From positions 158,932 through 222,931 of the forward strand of contig CAWIYG010000006.1 in the NCBI GenBank assembly GCA_963840215.1: a DNA stretch of 64,000 nt, given 5' to 3'. Source of the DNA: an uncultured Gemmatimonadales bacterium. GTDB lineage: Bacteria > Gemmatimonadota > Gemmatimonadetes > Gemmatimonadales > GWC2-71-9. Positions 53,917 through 63,651 of this stretch are shown one piece after another (positions within the stretch are counted from its first letter, which is position 1; every line of letters begins with the position of its first letter). Both the position numbers and the translations under genes were made by a program. The notes below the pieces were generated by a model. That model was not told where the DNA came from. It did not search any database and was given only the letters and a program-made list of their open reading frames with translations.

Positions 53917-55635
53917 TTACGGCTGCTTGGCGTCCTTTCCGCCGACGGCACGGAGGATCCGCTTCATCGCCGAATCGTCCCGGCTGCTCGCTGAAGGCAT
54001 GAGGGGCACGCCGCCCGCCAGCGCGGGCACATCCATCTGCATCTGGTCGGGCGCCGGCGCGATCGGCGCCGGGATCACCGTCGAGTCCCGAGTAGACGCC
54101 GCCGACGTCACGCCGGCGCCGGCATTTGGGAGCTTGGGGGCGGGACCGGACGCCATGGCGCGCGGCTCGAGCGCAGCGGCAAAACCCGACGAGGCCGGTG
54201 CGGGCGGCGCGACCGCGGCGGCCGGGCCGGACAAGGGCGTGATCACCGCGCTCGGACTACGCGTGACGCTGCCCGTGGTCGTCTCCGCCGGGGCAGCGGC
54301 CTGGGCAGCGGTAGAGGGTGTGGCTCCGCCACCGGGCAGCGCGGGCCGATCCACCCGAGCCGCGGCAGGCACCGAGCCGTTGCCGCGCACCGGCGAGTAG
54401 AACGACTTCGCGAGGTAGCCGCCGGCCGCGAGCACCAGCACCGCCACGGCCACCTGGAGCGGACGCCGGCCACGGGACGTGCCCGCGCGCTCGGGAACGG
54501 GCTCGTCTGCCGGCGTGATCTCGGGGTAGGAAATCGACTGCAGCTCAGGCGCCACGGCTTCGACGGGCGAACGCCAGGGCACCGGCGCGCTCGGCCGGAT
54601 GGCGCCGCGCGTCTCGGTCGCCGCATCAGGGGCGATCGCTGCCTCAGGCGCGATCGCGACGAACGGGTCGTCGGAGACGAGGCGAACCGACGGCGGCAGA
54701 TAGGAATCGGGCCGATACGAGGACCTGGCGCGTGGTGCCGGCACGGGGTGTGGCTGGGCCGGCGGCTCGTGCAGCGTGGGCGCGGGCGATGCCAGCAGCG
54801 GGCGCGGCGCGACTTCGCCGCCGGCCACGAAGTGATCACGCACCTCGGACACGGGGCTCGGCTTGGACGCGATCGGGTGCTCCGCGACTGGATGCTCCGC
54901 GGTGGCATCCTCCGGCGAGAGTTGGTCCGCCGCCGACAACTGGAGGGAGTGATGCTCGTGCGCCCGCGGCTCCAGCGCACGATGTCCCTGCGCACGATGT
55001 CCCTGCCCGGTGATCTCGCGCACGGGGTGATCAGCGGCCTGTCGATCGGAATGAGACAACTCCGGGTCCACCGGCGGATGCCCGGCAACCGTCTGCACGG
55101 TCGTCGGCGGTTCCGCGCTCGGCTGAACGGCCTTCGGTTGCTCGGCGATCGGGGGCTCGGTGGCCGGCTGCTCGCTGGTCCGCAGCTCCCCGACCCGATG
55201 CGGCGCCGCCGACGGCTCCGGCAGCTCCACACGCGGACCCATCGCCTGCGCACGCCCGATGGGCAACCGTTTCCTGATCTGACGCTCCGGCGGCTCGGTC
55301 CCGGTGGGCTTGGGCGCGGCGGTCTGCGCTTCGGCCGTCGGCTCCGCGATCGGCGCTGAGTCGGGCCGCGTAACGGGCGGTTTGACGGCGAAGCTCACTG
55401 TATCGATCCGAGGCCGGCCTGCCGGCTTCGGCGCGACCGCTTCCGCCACCCGCGAGGCCGGCAGCGCCAGCGCCTTCTTGTAGTGTGGATGAAACTCGAT
55501 CGGCAGCCACTTCTGGGACGCGTTGTGATAGATCCGGCACCGGGGCGTCACCAGGCCGTTCCGCACGCCGATGGCGAGCTCCTCGATGGTCCGGAATACG
55601 GTTTCCTCGCCGGGTGCCAGCTCGATCCGGTACAT
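53917..55635 (-). CDS. Pro/Ala-rich membrane-anchored protein with N-terminal GYF_2/DUF4339-like domain
   Basis: Intact 572-aa ORF. Start MYRIELAPGEETVFRTIEELAIGVRNGLVTPRCRIYHNASQKWLPIEFHPHYKKAL, then a low-complexity P/A/E region and a single TM helix (RRPLQVAVAVLVLAAGGYLA). Confidence 0.6.
   Translation of the reverse strand: MYRIELAPGEETVFRTIEELAIGVRNGLVTPRCRIYHNASQKWLPIEFHPHYKKALALPASRVAEAVAPKPAGRPRIDTVSFAVKPPVTRPDSAPIAEPTAEAQTAAPKPTGTEPPERQIRKRLPIGRAQAMGPRVELPEPSAAPHRVGELRTSEQPATEPPIAEQPKAVQPSAEPPTTVQTVAGHPPVDPELSHSDRQAADHPVREITGQGHRAQGHRALEPRAHEHHSLQLSAADQLSPEDATAEHPVAEHPIASKPSPVSEVRDHFVAGGEVAPRPLLASPAPTLHEPPAQPHPVPAPRARSSYRPDSYLPPSVRLVSDDPFVAIAPEAAIAPDAATETRGAIRPSAPVPWRSPVEAVAPELQSISYPEITPADEPVPERAGTSRGRRPLQVAVAVLVLAAGGYLAKSFYSPVRGNGSVPAAARVDRPALPGGGATPSTAAQAAAPAETTTGSVTRSPSAVITPLSGPAAAVAPPAPASSGFAAALEPRAMASGPAPKLPNAGAGVTSAASTRDSTVIPAPIAPAPDQMQMDVPALAGGVPLMPSASSRDDSAMKRILRAVGGKDAKQP
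54976..55005. repeat. perfect 15-bp tandem duplication (CGCACGATGTCCCTG x2) inside the Pro-rich gene
   Basis: Units at 54976-54990 and 54991-55005. Encodes the QGHRAQGHRA repeat on the minus strand. Confidence 0.85.
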
Positions 55636-55947
55636 GCCGCATCCTCAGGTGTGGGGCGGGTTGAGGGTCGAAACCGATGCCATTTCCATGCTCGGGAAAG
55701 GTGCACTTCTCTGCATGACTGGCTGGCAGCATGGCGCCGCGCCGCGCCGAGCTGGGCACCGCGCTGGGGGCCGGCACGCGCGTCGGGAAGCGACGGCGTT
55801 CGATAGGCTTAGACGTCGAGACCGCCACGACTGGCCCGCGGGTGCTCGCAAACGCCTGTTGGCGCTCGCGCACCGGATCGCCGTGCTCGCGCCGGGAGGG
55901 TGGGAATCCGTCTCGTAGTTTGCGAGAGTGGGGGGTAAGTTGACCCC

Positions 55948-56688
55948 ATGTCCGACGGCATCGCCCTCGAGGCGCGTGAGGTGTCCAAGCGGTACGGTCC
56001 GGTGACCGCGCTCGACCGTGTGTCCCTCGCGATCCGCCGGGCTGAATGCGTGGCGCTGATCGGCGAAAGTGGCTCGGGAAAGACGACGCTGCTCCGGTGC
56101 TTCAACCGGCTCACCGACCCCGACGACGGCGCCGTGCTGGTGGACGGCACGGACACCGCGGGGCTCGACCCGGTGGGGCTCCGCCGCCGCGTGGGCTACG
56201 TGCCGCAGGAAGGCGGTCTGCTCCCCCACTGGCGCGTGCGACGGAACGTGGCGCTGGTGCCCTGGCTTCGCGGGCAGGAGGACTCGGCGGCGAGCGTGGA
56301 CCACGCGCTTCAGCTCGTCGGGCTCGAGCCGGCGGCGGTGGGAGACCGCTGGCCGCGCGAGCTCTCCGGCGGCCAGCGCCAGCGCGTCGCCGTCGCCCGC
56401 GCTCTGGCGGCCCGACCGGATCTCGTGCTGCTCGACGAGCCGTTCGGGGCGCTCGACGCGATCACCCGCGCGGACCTGCAGGCCTCCTTTCTCAATCTGC
56501 GGCGCGAGCTCGCGATCACCACGCTGCTCGTGACTCACGATCTGTCCGAGGCCTTTCTCCTCGCCGACCGGATCGCCGTGATGCACGCGGGCCGCATCGA
56601 GCAGGTGGCGGCGCCCGGCGAGCTGCGCGATGCACCGGCGACGCCCTACGTGCGGGCGCTGCTCGCGCGGGCGCGGGTCCGCGCGTGA
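55948..56688 (+). CDS. ABC transporter ATP-binding protein (osmoprotectant/betaine-type)
   Basis: ORF 55948..56688. Walker A GESGSGKTT, signature LSGGQRQR, Walker B LVLLDEPF. Confidence 0.9.
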   Translation: MSDGIALEAREVSKRYGPVTALDRVSLAIRRAECVALIGESGSGKTTLLRCFNRLTDPDDGAVLVDGTDTAGLDPVGLRRRVGYVPQEGGLLPHWRVRRNVALVPWLRGQEDSAASVDHALQLVGLEPAAVGDRWPRELSGGQRQRVAVARALAARPDLVLLDEPFGALDAITRADLQASFLNLRRELAITTLLVTHDLSEAFLLADRIAVMHAGRIEQVAAPGELRDAPATPYVRALLARARVRA

Positions 56689-58247
56689 GGCCGGGGCTGG
56701 CGATCTCGGTCGCGCTGGGGACCTCGCTTGCGCTGGGGAGCCTCGCGGGCGCGCAGGATCAGGCTCCGCCCGTGATCGTGGCCTCGAAGCCGTTCGGCGA
56801 GTCCTACCTGCTGGCCGAGATGTTCGCCCAGCTGCTGGAGGCCCGCGGGATCGCGGTGGAGCGGCGGCTCGGTCTCGGGGCCACCGAGATCGCGTTCGGC
56901 GCGCTCAAGACCGGCGCCATCGACGTCTATCCCGAGTACACCGGGACCGGGCTGCTCGCGATCCTGCACGAGCGGCCGAGCGCCGATCCGCGCGCGGTGT
57001 ACGCGCAGGTGGCCCGCGAGTTCGCCGCCCGGTTCGGCGTCCGCTGGCTGCCGCCGCTCGGCTTCCAGAATACCTACGCCATCGCCGTTCGCCGCGAGAC
57101 CGCCGAGCGGCTCGGGCTCCGGACGCTCACGGACCTCGCGCGCGCGGGCCCGACGCTCCGCGCGGGGCTCACGCCCGATTTCATCGGCCGGGACGACGGG
57201 CTCCCTGGCCTTGCCCGCGCCTATGGACTCCGCTTTCGCGAAGTCCGCGCGCTGCTGCCGGCGGTCAAGTACCAGGCGCTCGCCGCCGGCCAGGTGGACG
57301 TGATCGACGGGTACTCCACCGACGGCCTCATCGCGCGCTACGACCTCGTGGTGCTCGAGGACGATCGCGCCTTCTTCCCGCCGTACGAGGCCGCCGCGCT
57401 CGTGGCGCCCGGGCTGGCTGAGCGCCGCCCGGCGGCGGTGGCGGCGCTCACCGAGCTGAGCGGCAGGCTGAGCGAGACGGCGATGCGGACGCTCAACCGC
57501 AGAGTCGAGGTGGACAACGAGCCCGTGGGGCGGGTCGCGCGCGACGCGCTCGGGACGCTGGGGCTGCTCGCCGTGCCCGCGCGGGAGGCTGGCCGGGAGC
57601 CGTCGCGAGAGCGCCCCGGCCTGGCCGCCTACCTCTGGGCCGAGCGCGGCACCCTGCTCGGCCTCACCGGGCGGCACGTGTTTCTGGTAGTGGTGTCGCT
57701 CGTCGCGGCGATCGCGCTGGCGGTGCCGCTGGGGCTCGCGCTCGAGCGCATGCGTGGCGGCGCCGAAGGGGTGATCCGCGCCGTCGGCGTGCTCCAGACC
57801 GTTCCGGGCATCGCGCTGCTCGCGTTCATGATTCCGCTCCTCGGCATCGGCGTGGTCCCGGCGCTGGTGGCGCTCTTCCTCTACTCCCTGTATCCGATCC
57901 TGCGGAACACCTACACCGGCGTGAGGGACGCGGCGCCGGACGCCGTCGGTGCCGCCACCGCGCTGGGCATGACCCCGCGACAGGTGCTCCGGCACGTGCG
58001 CCTGCCGCTCGCCGCGCCGCTCATCATGGCCGGCATCCGCACGGCCGCGGTGATCAACGTGGGAACGGCCACGCTGGCCGCGTTCATCGGGGCCGGCGGC
58101 CTGGGCGATCCGATCGCCTCAGGGCTGGCGCTGTCCGACACGCGGATGATCCTGTCCGGCGCGCTCCCGGCCGCCGCGCTGGCGTTGGTGGTGGACGCGG
58201 CACTCGGCGCGTGCGAGCGGCTGGTGCGGCCAGGTGGTGGAGGGTAA
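56685..58247 (+). CDS. fused glycine-betaine-type substrate-binding domain / ABC permease
   Basis: In frame with ORF 56046..58247. GTG 56685 overlaps the ATPase stop (GTGA). OpuAC-like N-terminal half (IDVYPEYTGTGL, VIDGYSTDGLI). C-terminal half has 5-6 TM helices and a permease EAA-like loop (ALGMTPRQVLRHVRLPLAAP). Confidence 0.85.
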   Translation: MRPGLAISVALGTSLALGSLAGAQDQAPPVIVASKPFGESYLLAEMFAQLLEARGIAVERRLGLGATEIAFGALKTGAIDVYPEYTGTGLLAILHERPSADPRAVYAQVAREFAARFGVRWLPPLGFQNTYAIAVRRETAERLGLRTLTDLARAGPTLRAGLTPDFIGRDDGLPGLARAYGLRFREVRALLPAVKYQALAAGQVDVIDGYSTDGLIARYDLVVLEDDRAFFPPYEAAALVAPGLAERRPAAVAALTELSGRLSETAMRTLNRRVEVDNEPVGRVARDALGTLGLLAVPAREAGREPSRERPGLAAYLWAERGTLLGLTGRHVFLVVVSLVAAIALAVPLGLALERMRGGAEGVIRAVGVLQTVPGIALLAFMIPLLGIGVVPALVALFLYSLYPILRNTYTGVRDAAPDAVGAATALGMTPRQVLRHVRLPLAAPLIMAGIRTAAVINVGTATLAAFIGAGGLGDPIASGLALSDTRMILSGALPAAALALVVDAALGACERLVRPGGGG

Positions 58248-58329
58248 GGCCGCTTGCATTCGCCCGCCGTCCGCGGATAGGATGCCGTCGTTCCGCGCCA
58301 CCGCCTCCCTCATTTCCGGGCCGCGCCGC

Positions 58330-59556
58330 ATGCGACTCCACCCATTCCGCGCCGTTCGCCCGGCCCCCGAGCTCGCCGAGCGCGTGGCATCGGTGCCGTA
58401 CGACGTCGTGAACCGCACCGAGGCCGCGGCACTGGCCGAGGGGAACCCCTACAGCTTTCTCCACGTCGGCCGGTCGGACATCGACCTGCCGTCCGACGTC
58501 GATCCGTACGACCCCCGGATCTACGCCCAGGCCCGCGCGGCGCTCGACCGGTTCCTGGCCGAGGGGACGCTGCTCCGCGAAGCTACCCCGTCGCTCTATC
58601 TCTACCGCCAGATCATGGACGGCCGGGCCCAGACCGGCATCGTGGGCTGCGTGCACATCGACGACTACGAGCAGGACATCATCCGGAAGCACGAGAACGA
58701 CCCGGCCCGACAAGGAGGACGATCGCACGCGCCACGTGCTGACGCTCCGGGCCAACGCCGAGCCGGTTTTCCTGACCTACCGCGGGCGACCGGACATCGA
58801 GGCGCTCACCGCGGCGCTCGTGGCCGAACCGCCGCTGTACGACTTCACCGCGCCGGACGGCGTGCGCCACACCGTCTGGCGGATCGCGGACGCGGGGCCG
58901 TTCCTGGACGCCTTCCGGGCCGTGCCGCACGCCTACGTGGCCGATGGCCACCACCGCTCCGCCAGCGCCTGGCGCGCCGGACGGGAGCTGCCGGACCGCG
59001 CCGGCGCCGCACCGCGGCGACGGGGAGTACAACTGGTTCCTGGCCGTGCTGTTTCCCGCCGAGCAGCTGCGCATCCTGCCCTACAACCGCGTGGTGCGCG
59101 ACCTCGGCGACCTCGGTCCCGCGGGCGTGCTCGCACGGCTCTCGCGGCTCGGCCGCCTCGTGACGACGGACGAGCCGGCGCCCAGCCGGCCGGCCAGCTT
59201 CGGCATCTATCTCAAGAACGCCTGGTACCGGCTCGACCTCGACGAGGCCACGATCGACCGCACCGACCCCATCGGGTCGCTCGACGTCTCGCTCCTGCAG
59301 GACCGGGTGCTGGGCCCGATCCTCGGCATCGGCGACCCCCGCACCGACAAGCGGATCGACTTCGTCGGGGGCATCCGCGGACGCCGCCGAGCTCGAGCGT
59401 CGGGTGCGCTCCGGCGAGATGGCGATCGCGTTCTCGCTCTACCCCACGACCCTGGACCAGCTCATGGCGGTGTCGGACGCGGGCCAGATCATGCCGCCCA
59501 AGAGCACGTGGTTCGAGCCCAAGCTGCGGAGCGGGCTCTTCGTGCATACTTTGTAG
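58330..59556 (+). pseudogene. DUF1015-family protein, three frameshifts (about 58697, about 59000, about 59385)
   Basis: Frames 1>2>0>1. MRLHPFRAVRPAPELAERVASVPYDVVNRTEA...IIRKHE | TRPDKEDDRTRHVLTLRANAEPVFLTY...YVADGHHRSASAWRAG | GEYNWFLAVLFPAEQLRILPYNRVV...KRIDFVGGIRG | AELERRVRSGEMAIAFSLYPTTLDQLMAVSDAGQIMPPKSTWFEPKLRSGLFVHTL, stop 59554-59556. Confidence 0.75.
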
Positions 59557-59586
59557 GCTCACGATGACCGGGCGGAGCGTGCGCGC

Positions 59587-60810
59587 ATGAAGGTGTTGAT
59601 CGCGGACAAGTTCGAGAAGGTGGGGATCGATGGGCTGAAGGAGCTCGGCTGTACGGTGGTCTCGCTGCCGGACGTGAAGGCCGAGGAGCTCCCCGCCGCC
59701 ATCCGGGCCGCGGATCCGCACATCCTCATCGTCCGCTGCAAGAAGGTGAACGCGGACGCGCTCAAGGCCGGCACCGCGCTGACCCTGGTCATCCGCGCCG
59801 GCGCCGGCATCGACACCATCGACGTCAATACCGCGTCGAGCCTCGGGGTCTTCGTCTCCAACTGTCCGGGCAAGAACTCGATCGCCGTGGCCGAGCTGGT
59901 GATGGCGCTGCTGCTCTCGTGCGACCGGCGGATCCCCGATCAGGTCGCCGAGCTCCGCGCCGGCACCTGGAACAAGGGCGAGTACTCCAAGGCGCGCGGC
60001 CTGCACGGGCGGACGCTCGGCATCGTGGGCCTGGGACAGATCGGGCGGGAGATCGCCGTGCGGGCGCGGGCGTTCGGGATGCGGGTCATGGGCTGGATCG
60101 CGGAGCCTCACGCACGAGGAGGCCGACCGGCTCGGCATCACCTACGCGCAGACGCCGCTGGAGGTCGCCCGCGCCTGCGGACGCGGTCTCGATCAACGTC
60201 GCCGCGAACGCCGAGACCAAGCAGCTGGTGAACGCGGAGTTCCTCGCGGCGATGCGGCCGGGCGCCTACCTGATCAACACCTCGCGCGGCAGCGTGGTGG
60301 ACGAAGCGGCGCTCGAGCAGGCGATCCGGGAGAAGAGGCTGCGGGCGGGGCTCGACGTGTTCCAGGACGAGCCGGCGGGCGGCACCGGGGCGTTCGGCAA
60401 CACGATCGTGCGCGCGCCCGGGGTCTACGGCACCCATCACGTCGGGCGCGTCCACCGACCAGGCGCAGGTGGCGATCGCCCACGAGGTGATCCGGATCGT
60501 CCAGACCTTCCAGACCACCGGTGAGGTGCCCAACGTGGTGAACCGGCTCGCACGCAGCTCGGCGACGCACGTGCTCTCGATCCGGCATCGGAACCGGCCC
60601 GGCGTGCTGGCCCACGTCTTCGGCGTCCTTGCCGGGGGCGACATCAACGTGGAAGAGGTCGAGAACATCATCTACCACGGCGCGCAGGCCACGCTGGCCC
60701 GGATTCACCTCGACGGCGAGCCGGACGGCGCCGCCCTGGAGCGGATCCGGACGGGAACACCGGACATCATCAGCGTGGAGTTGAGCGAGATCGACGGGAA
60801 GGCGCGATAG
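59587..60810 (+). pseudogene. serA: D-3-phosphoglycerate dehydrogenase with C-terminal ACT domain, three frameshifts (about 60095, about 60178, about 60445)
   Basis: Frames 1>2>0>1. MKVLIADKFEKVGIDGLKELG...GIVGLGQIGREIAVRARAFGMRVMGW | SRSLTHEEADRLGITYAQTPLEVARAC | DAVSINVAANAETKQLV...LINTSRGSVVDEAAL...GVYGTHHVG | ASTDQAQVAIAHEV...VLSIRHRNRPGVLAHVFGVLAGGDINVEEV. Confidence 0.85.
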
Positions 60811-60838
60811 GCGCCCGACCGACACCCAAAGGATCACA

Positions 60839-61950
60839 ATGACCGACCGCATCCACAACTTCAGCGCCGGCCCCGCCGTGCTGCCCGAGCCCGTCCTCCG
60901 GAAGGCGCAGGAGGCGATCTGGAACGTGGCCGGCAGCGGCATCGGCATCATGGAGCACAGCCACCGCGGCAAGGTGTTCGACCGGATTCTCGACGAGGCC
61001 GAGGCGAACTGCCGCGAACTCGCCGGAATCTCCGACGACTACGCGGTGCTGTTTCTGCAGGGCGGCGCCTCGCTCCAGTTCTCGATGGTGCCGATGAACC
61101 TGCTGCCCGCCGACCGCACGGCCGACTACCTGCTCACCGGGGTCTGGGCGCAGAAGGCGGTCAAGGAGGCCAAGGTGCTGGGCGGCAAGGTGCACATCGC
61201 GGCCAGCAGCGAGGCCACGAACTTCGACCGGATCCCGAAGCCGGGCGAGATCAGCTAGTCGGCCGAACCCGGCGTACGTGCACCTCACGACCAACAACAC
61301 GATCTACGGCACCCAGTGGCGCAGCGAGCCGGCCGTGCCGGCCGGCGTCCCGCTCGTGGCGGACACCTCGAGCGACATGTACAGCCGCCCGATCGACGTG
61401 AGCAAGTACGGCCTCATCTATGCCGGCGCGCAGAAGAACCTGGGACCCTCGGGTGTCGTCCTGGTGATCATCCGGGACGATCTGGTCGAGGCGGGGCCGA
61501 AGACGCCTGCCCACGATGCTGCAGTACCGGACGTTCGCGGCGGAGAAGTCGCTCTACAATACCCCGCCGACGTTCGGCATCTACCTCATGGGCGAAGTGT
61601 TCAAGTGGATCAAGGCGCAGGGCGGTCTCGCGGCCATGGCCGAGCACAATGCGAGCCAAGGCCAAGCTGCTCTACGACTTCCTCGACGCGAGCGAGTTCT
61701 TCCGCGGCACGGTGCAGCCGGACAGCCGGTCGCTCATGAACGTCATGCTTCCGCGCGCCGACCGAGGAGCTGGAGAGCAAGTTCATCGCCGAGGCCACCA
61801 AGCGCGGCCTCGACGGACTCAAGGGACACCGATCGGTCGGCGGGATGCGGGCCAGCATCTACAACGCCTGTCCCGCGCGCGGCCGTCGAGGCGCTGGTGA
61901 CGTTCATGAAGGAGTTCGAGCGGGCCAACCGCGCCGCCGCGGTGCGCTGA
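60839..61950 (+). pseudogene. serC: phosphoserine aminotransferase, at least five frameshifts
   Basis: Frames 2>0>1>2>0>1. [47 protein letters not shown]... | [17 protein letters not shown]...[24 protein letters not shown] | [37 protein letters not shown] | [29 protein letters not shown] | [40 protein letters not shown] | [16 protein letters not shown]. Confidence 0.85.
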
Positions 61951-61984
61951 GCTATCCGCGGCGACGCGAGGCTTACCCCGCTTG

Positions 61985-63097
61985 CTAGCGTCGCACCAGC
62001 TCCTCGTGCGGGCCCGCCGCATGTCGGTGATGAGCTCGTTCATCGCGGTGATGGCCGACATGCCCGCGATCCGGTGACGCAGGAGGCGGCTACGGCCAGC
62101 GCCTCCTCCGAAAGCAGCAGCTCCTCTCGCCGGGTGGCGCTCGCCACGAGGTCGATGGCCGGGAAGATCCGCCGCTCCGCCAGCTCGCGGCTCAGCACCA
62201 GCTCGCTGTTGCCGGTGCCCTTGAACTCCTCGAAGATCACCTGGTCCATCTTGCTGCCCGGTGTCCACCAGGGCCGTGGCGATGATGGTGAGCGAGCCGC
62301 CGCCCTGCGCGGATCGATCTTGCGGGCGCTGCCGAGGAAGCGCTTGGGCTTTTCCAGCGACTGGGCGTCCAGCCCGCCCGACAGCGTCCGGCCCGTGCCC
62401 TTCTCGACCGTGTTGTAGGCCCGCGCCAGCCGGGTGAGCGAGTCGACGATCAGCACCACGTCCTCGCCCAGCTCCACCCGCCGCCGCGCCCGCTCGAGCG
62501 TCAGCTCGGCCACGCGCACGTGCTGCGACGCGGGGTTGTCGAAGCTCGAGGCGACGACCTCGCCCACGCCCGGCCGCCTCCATCTCGAACACTTCCTCCG
62601 GCCGCTCGTCGACCAGCAGGATGAGCAGCGTGGCCTCGGGATAGGTTGGCGCTGACGCCCTCGGCGATGGACTGCAGGACCATGGTCTTGCCGGCCTTGG
62701 CCGGGGCCACGATCAGCGCGCGCTGGCCCTTGCCGAACGGGGCAGAGGATGTCGATGACGCGATTGGTGAAGTCGGGCTGGCCCTGGCGCATGAGGCCGG
62801 ACTCCAGCCTGATCTGCTCGTTGGGATGGATGGCGCCGAGGCGGGCTGAACTCCGGGCGGCCGCGGACTCTGTTCGGGGGCCGGCCGTTGATTGCGCTGA
62901 TATGCGTTCGAGCGTCGGGTCCGCGGCCCTTCCCGCCGGGACGGACCTCGCCCTCGATCTCGTCGCCCGCGCGGAGCTCGTGCTGGCGGATGAGCTCGCT
63001 CGCCGACGTGGATGTCGCCGCGGTCGGGGAGGTATCCCGTCTCTCGGCGCCGGAGAAACCCGCTGCCCCTGCCGGCAGCTCGAGAACGCCGAAGCAT
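61985..63097 (-). pseudogene. rho: transcription termination factor Rho, at least nine frameshifts; starts at the cold-shock-like RNA-binding domain (no N-terminal helix bundle)
   Basis: Pieces across ORFs 62501..63706, 62040..62792 and 61819..62592: GFLRRRETGYLPDRGDIHV, SELIRQHELRAGDEIEGEVRP, RLGAIHPNEQIRLESGLMRQGQPDFTNRVIDILCP, FGKGQRALIVAPAKAGKTMVLQSIAEGV (Walker A), LLVDERPEEV, GEVVASSFDNPASQHVRVAE, VVLIVDSLTRLARAYN, GGSLTIIATALVDTG, MDQVIFEEFKGTGNSELVLSRELAERRIFPAIDL. The ATG at 63097-63095 overlaps the sufE stop (TGATG). Probable end is ...GPHEELVRR, stop 61987-61985. Confidence 0.8.
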
Positions 63098-63520
63098 CAC
63101 GCGGCGGCGGCCACGGAGCGCTTGATCCGATAGAGAATGGCGGTGAGTCCCTGGGTCCGGGTCATGCCGAGCGTCTCGCTGAGGCCGAGCTGGTCGAGGA
63201 GGTCGTCCGGCACGCGGGCCACCTCGTCCGGCGCCGCGCCGTCGAGGCTCTTCGGGCCAAGAGGGAGATGAAGCCGCGTACCGTGGGCGACTCCGGCGGC
63301 ACGTCGGCGTGGATGTGGACCTTGCCCCCCTCGACCTCGACCCAGAGGAAGACGGGAGTCTGGCATTCGGGTACCCGATGGTCGTCACTGTCCGCTCCTT
63401 CTCGTCCTGGAGGCGCTCGGGGAGCGGCGGAAGCTTGCGCGAGTAGTCGAGCAGCGTCTCGAGCCGGGTGGTGCGATCCGCGGCCTTGAATCGGGGAATC
63501 AGCGTGTCGAGCGTGGGCAT
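63097..63520 (-). pseudogene. sufE: SufE-family cysteine-desulfuration/sulfur-acceptor protein, two frameshifts (about 63385, about 63255)
   Basis: [43 protein letters not shown] | [46 protein letters not shown] | [50 protein letters not shown]. The conserved PEC(Q) active-site Cys and the SufE C-terminal helix are both present. Confidence 0.75.
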
Positions 63521-63651
63521 GGTCGGCGTGGAGGAGGCGGTCGGACCGTTCGGCATTGGCCGAATACTCGCACGATCGGGTGCCGGAAGGTACCCCCGGG
63601 CCCGGTCTCCTCCGCCTTTCGCCACCGGTCCCCGGACGATATCGTTGAGGC

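Noticed and set aside
63060-63097. Choice between MLRRSRAAGRGSGFLRRR (in frame with the ATG) and FGVLELPAGAAGF (one base off) as the true Rho N-terminus
   Set aside because: This cannot be decided from sequence alone. The off-frame text matches the conserved GVLE strand better but needs two compensating indels within about 60 nt. I report the gene start at the ATG and leave the frame question open rather than calling an extra frameshift.
58330-63520. Interpreting the right-hand frameshift cluster as a genuine island of decaying genes
   Set aside because: The affected genes include rho, serA and serC, which are normally indispensable or strongly selected. All conserved motifs are still intact at the amino-acid level between breaks (no missense decay, no internal stops within correct frames). 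That is what indel-type sequence error looks like. It is kept as a finding because only reads can settle it.
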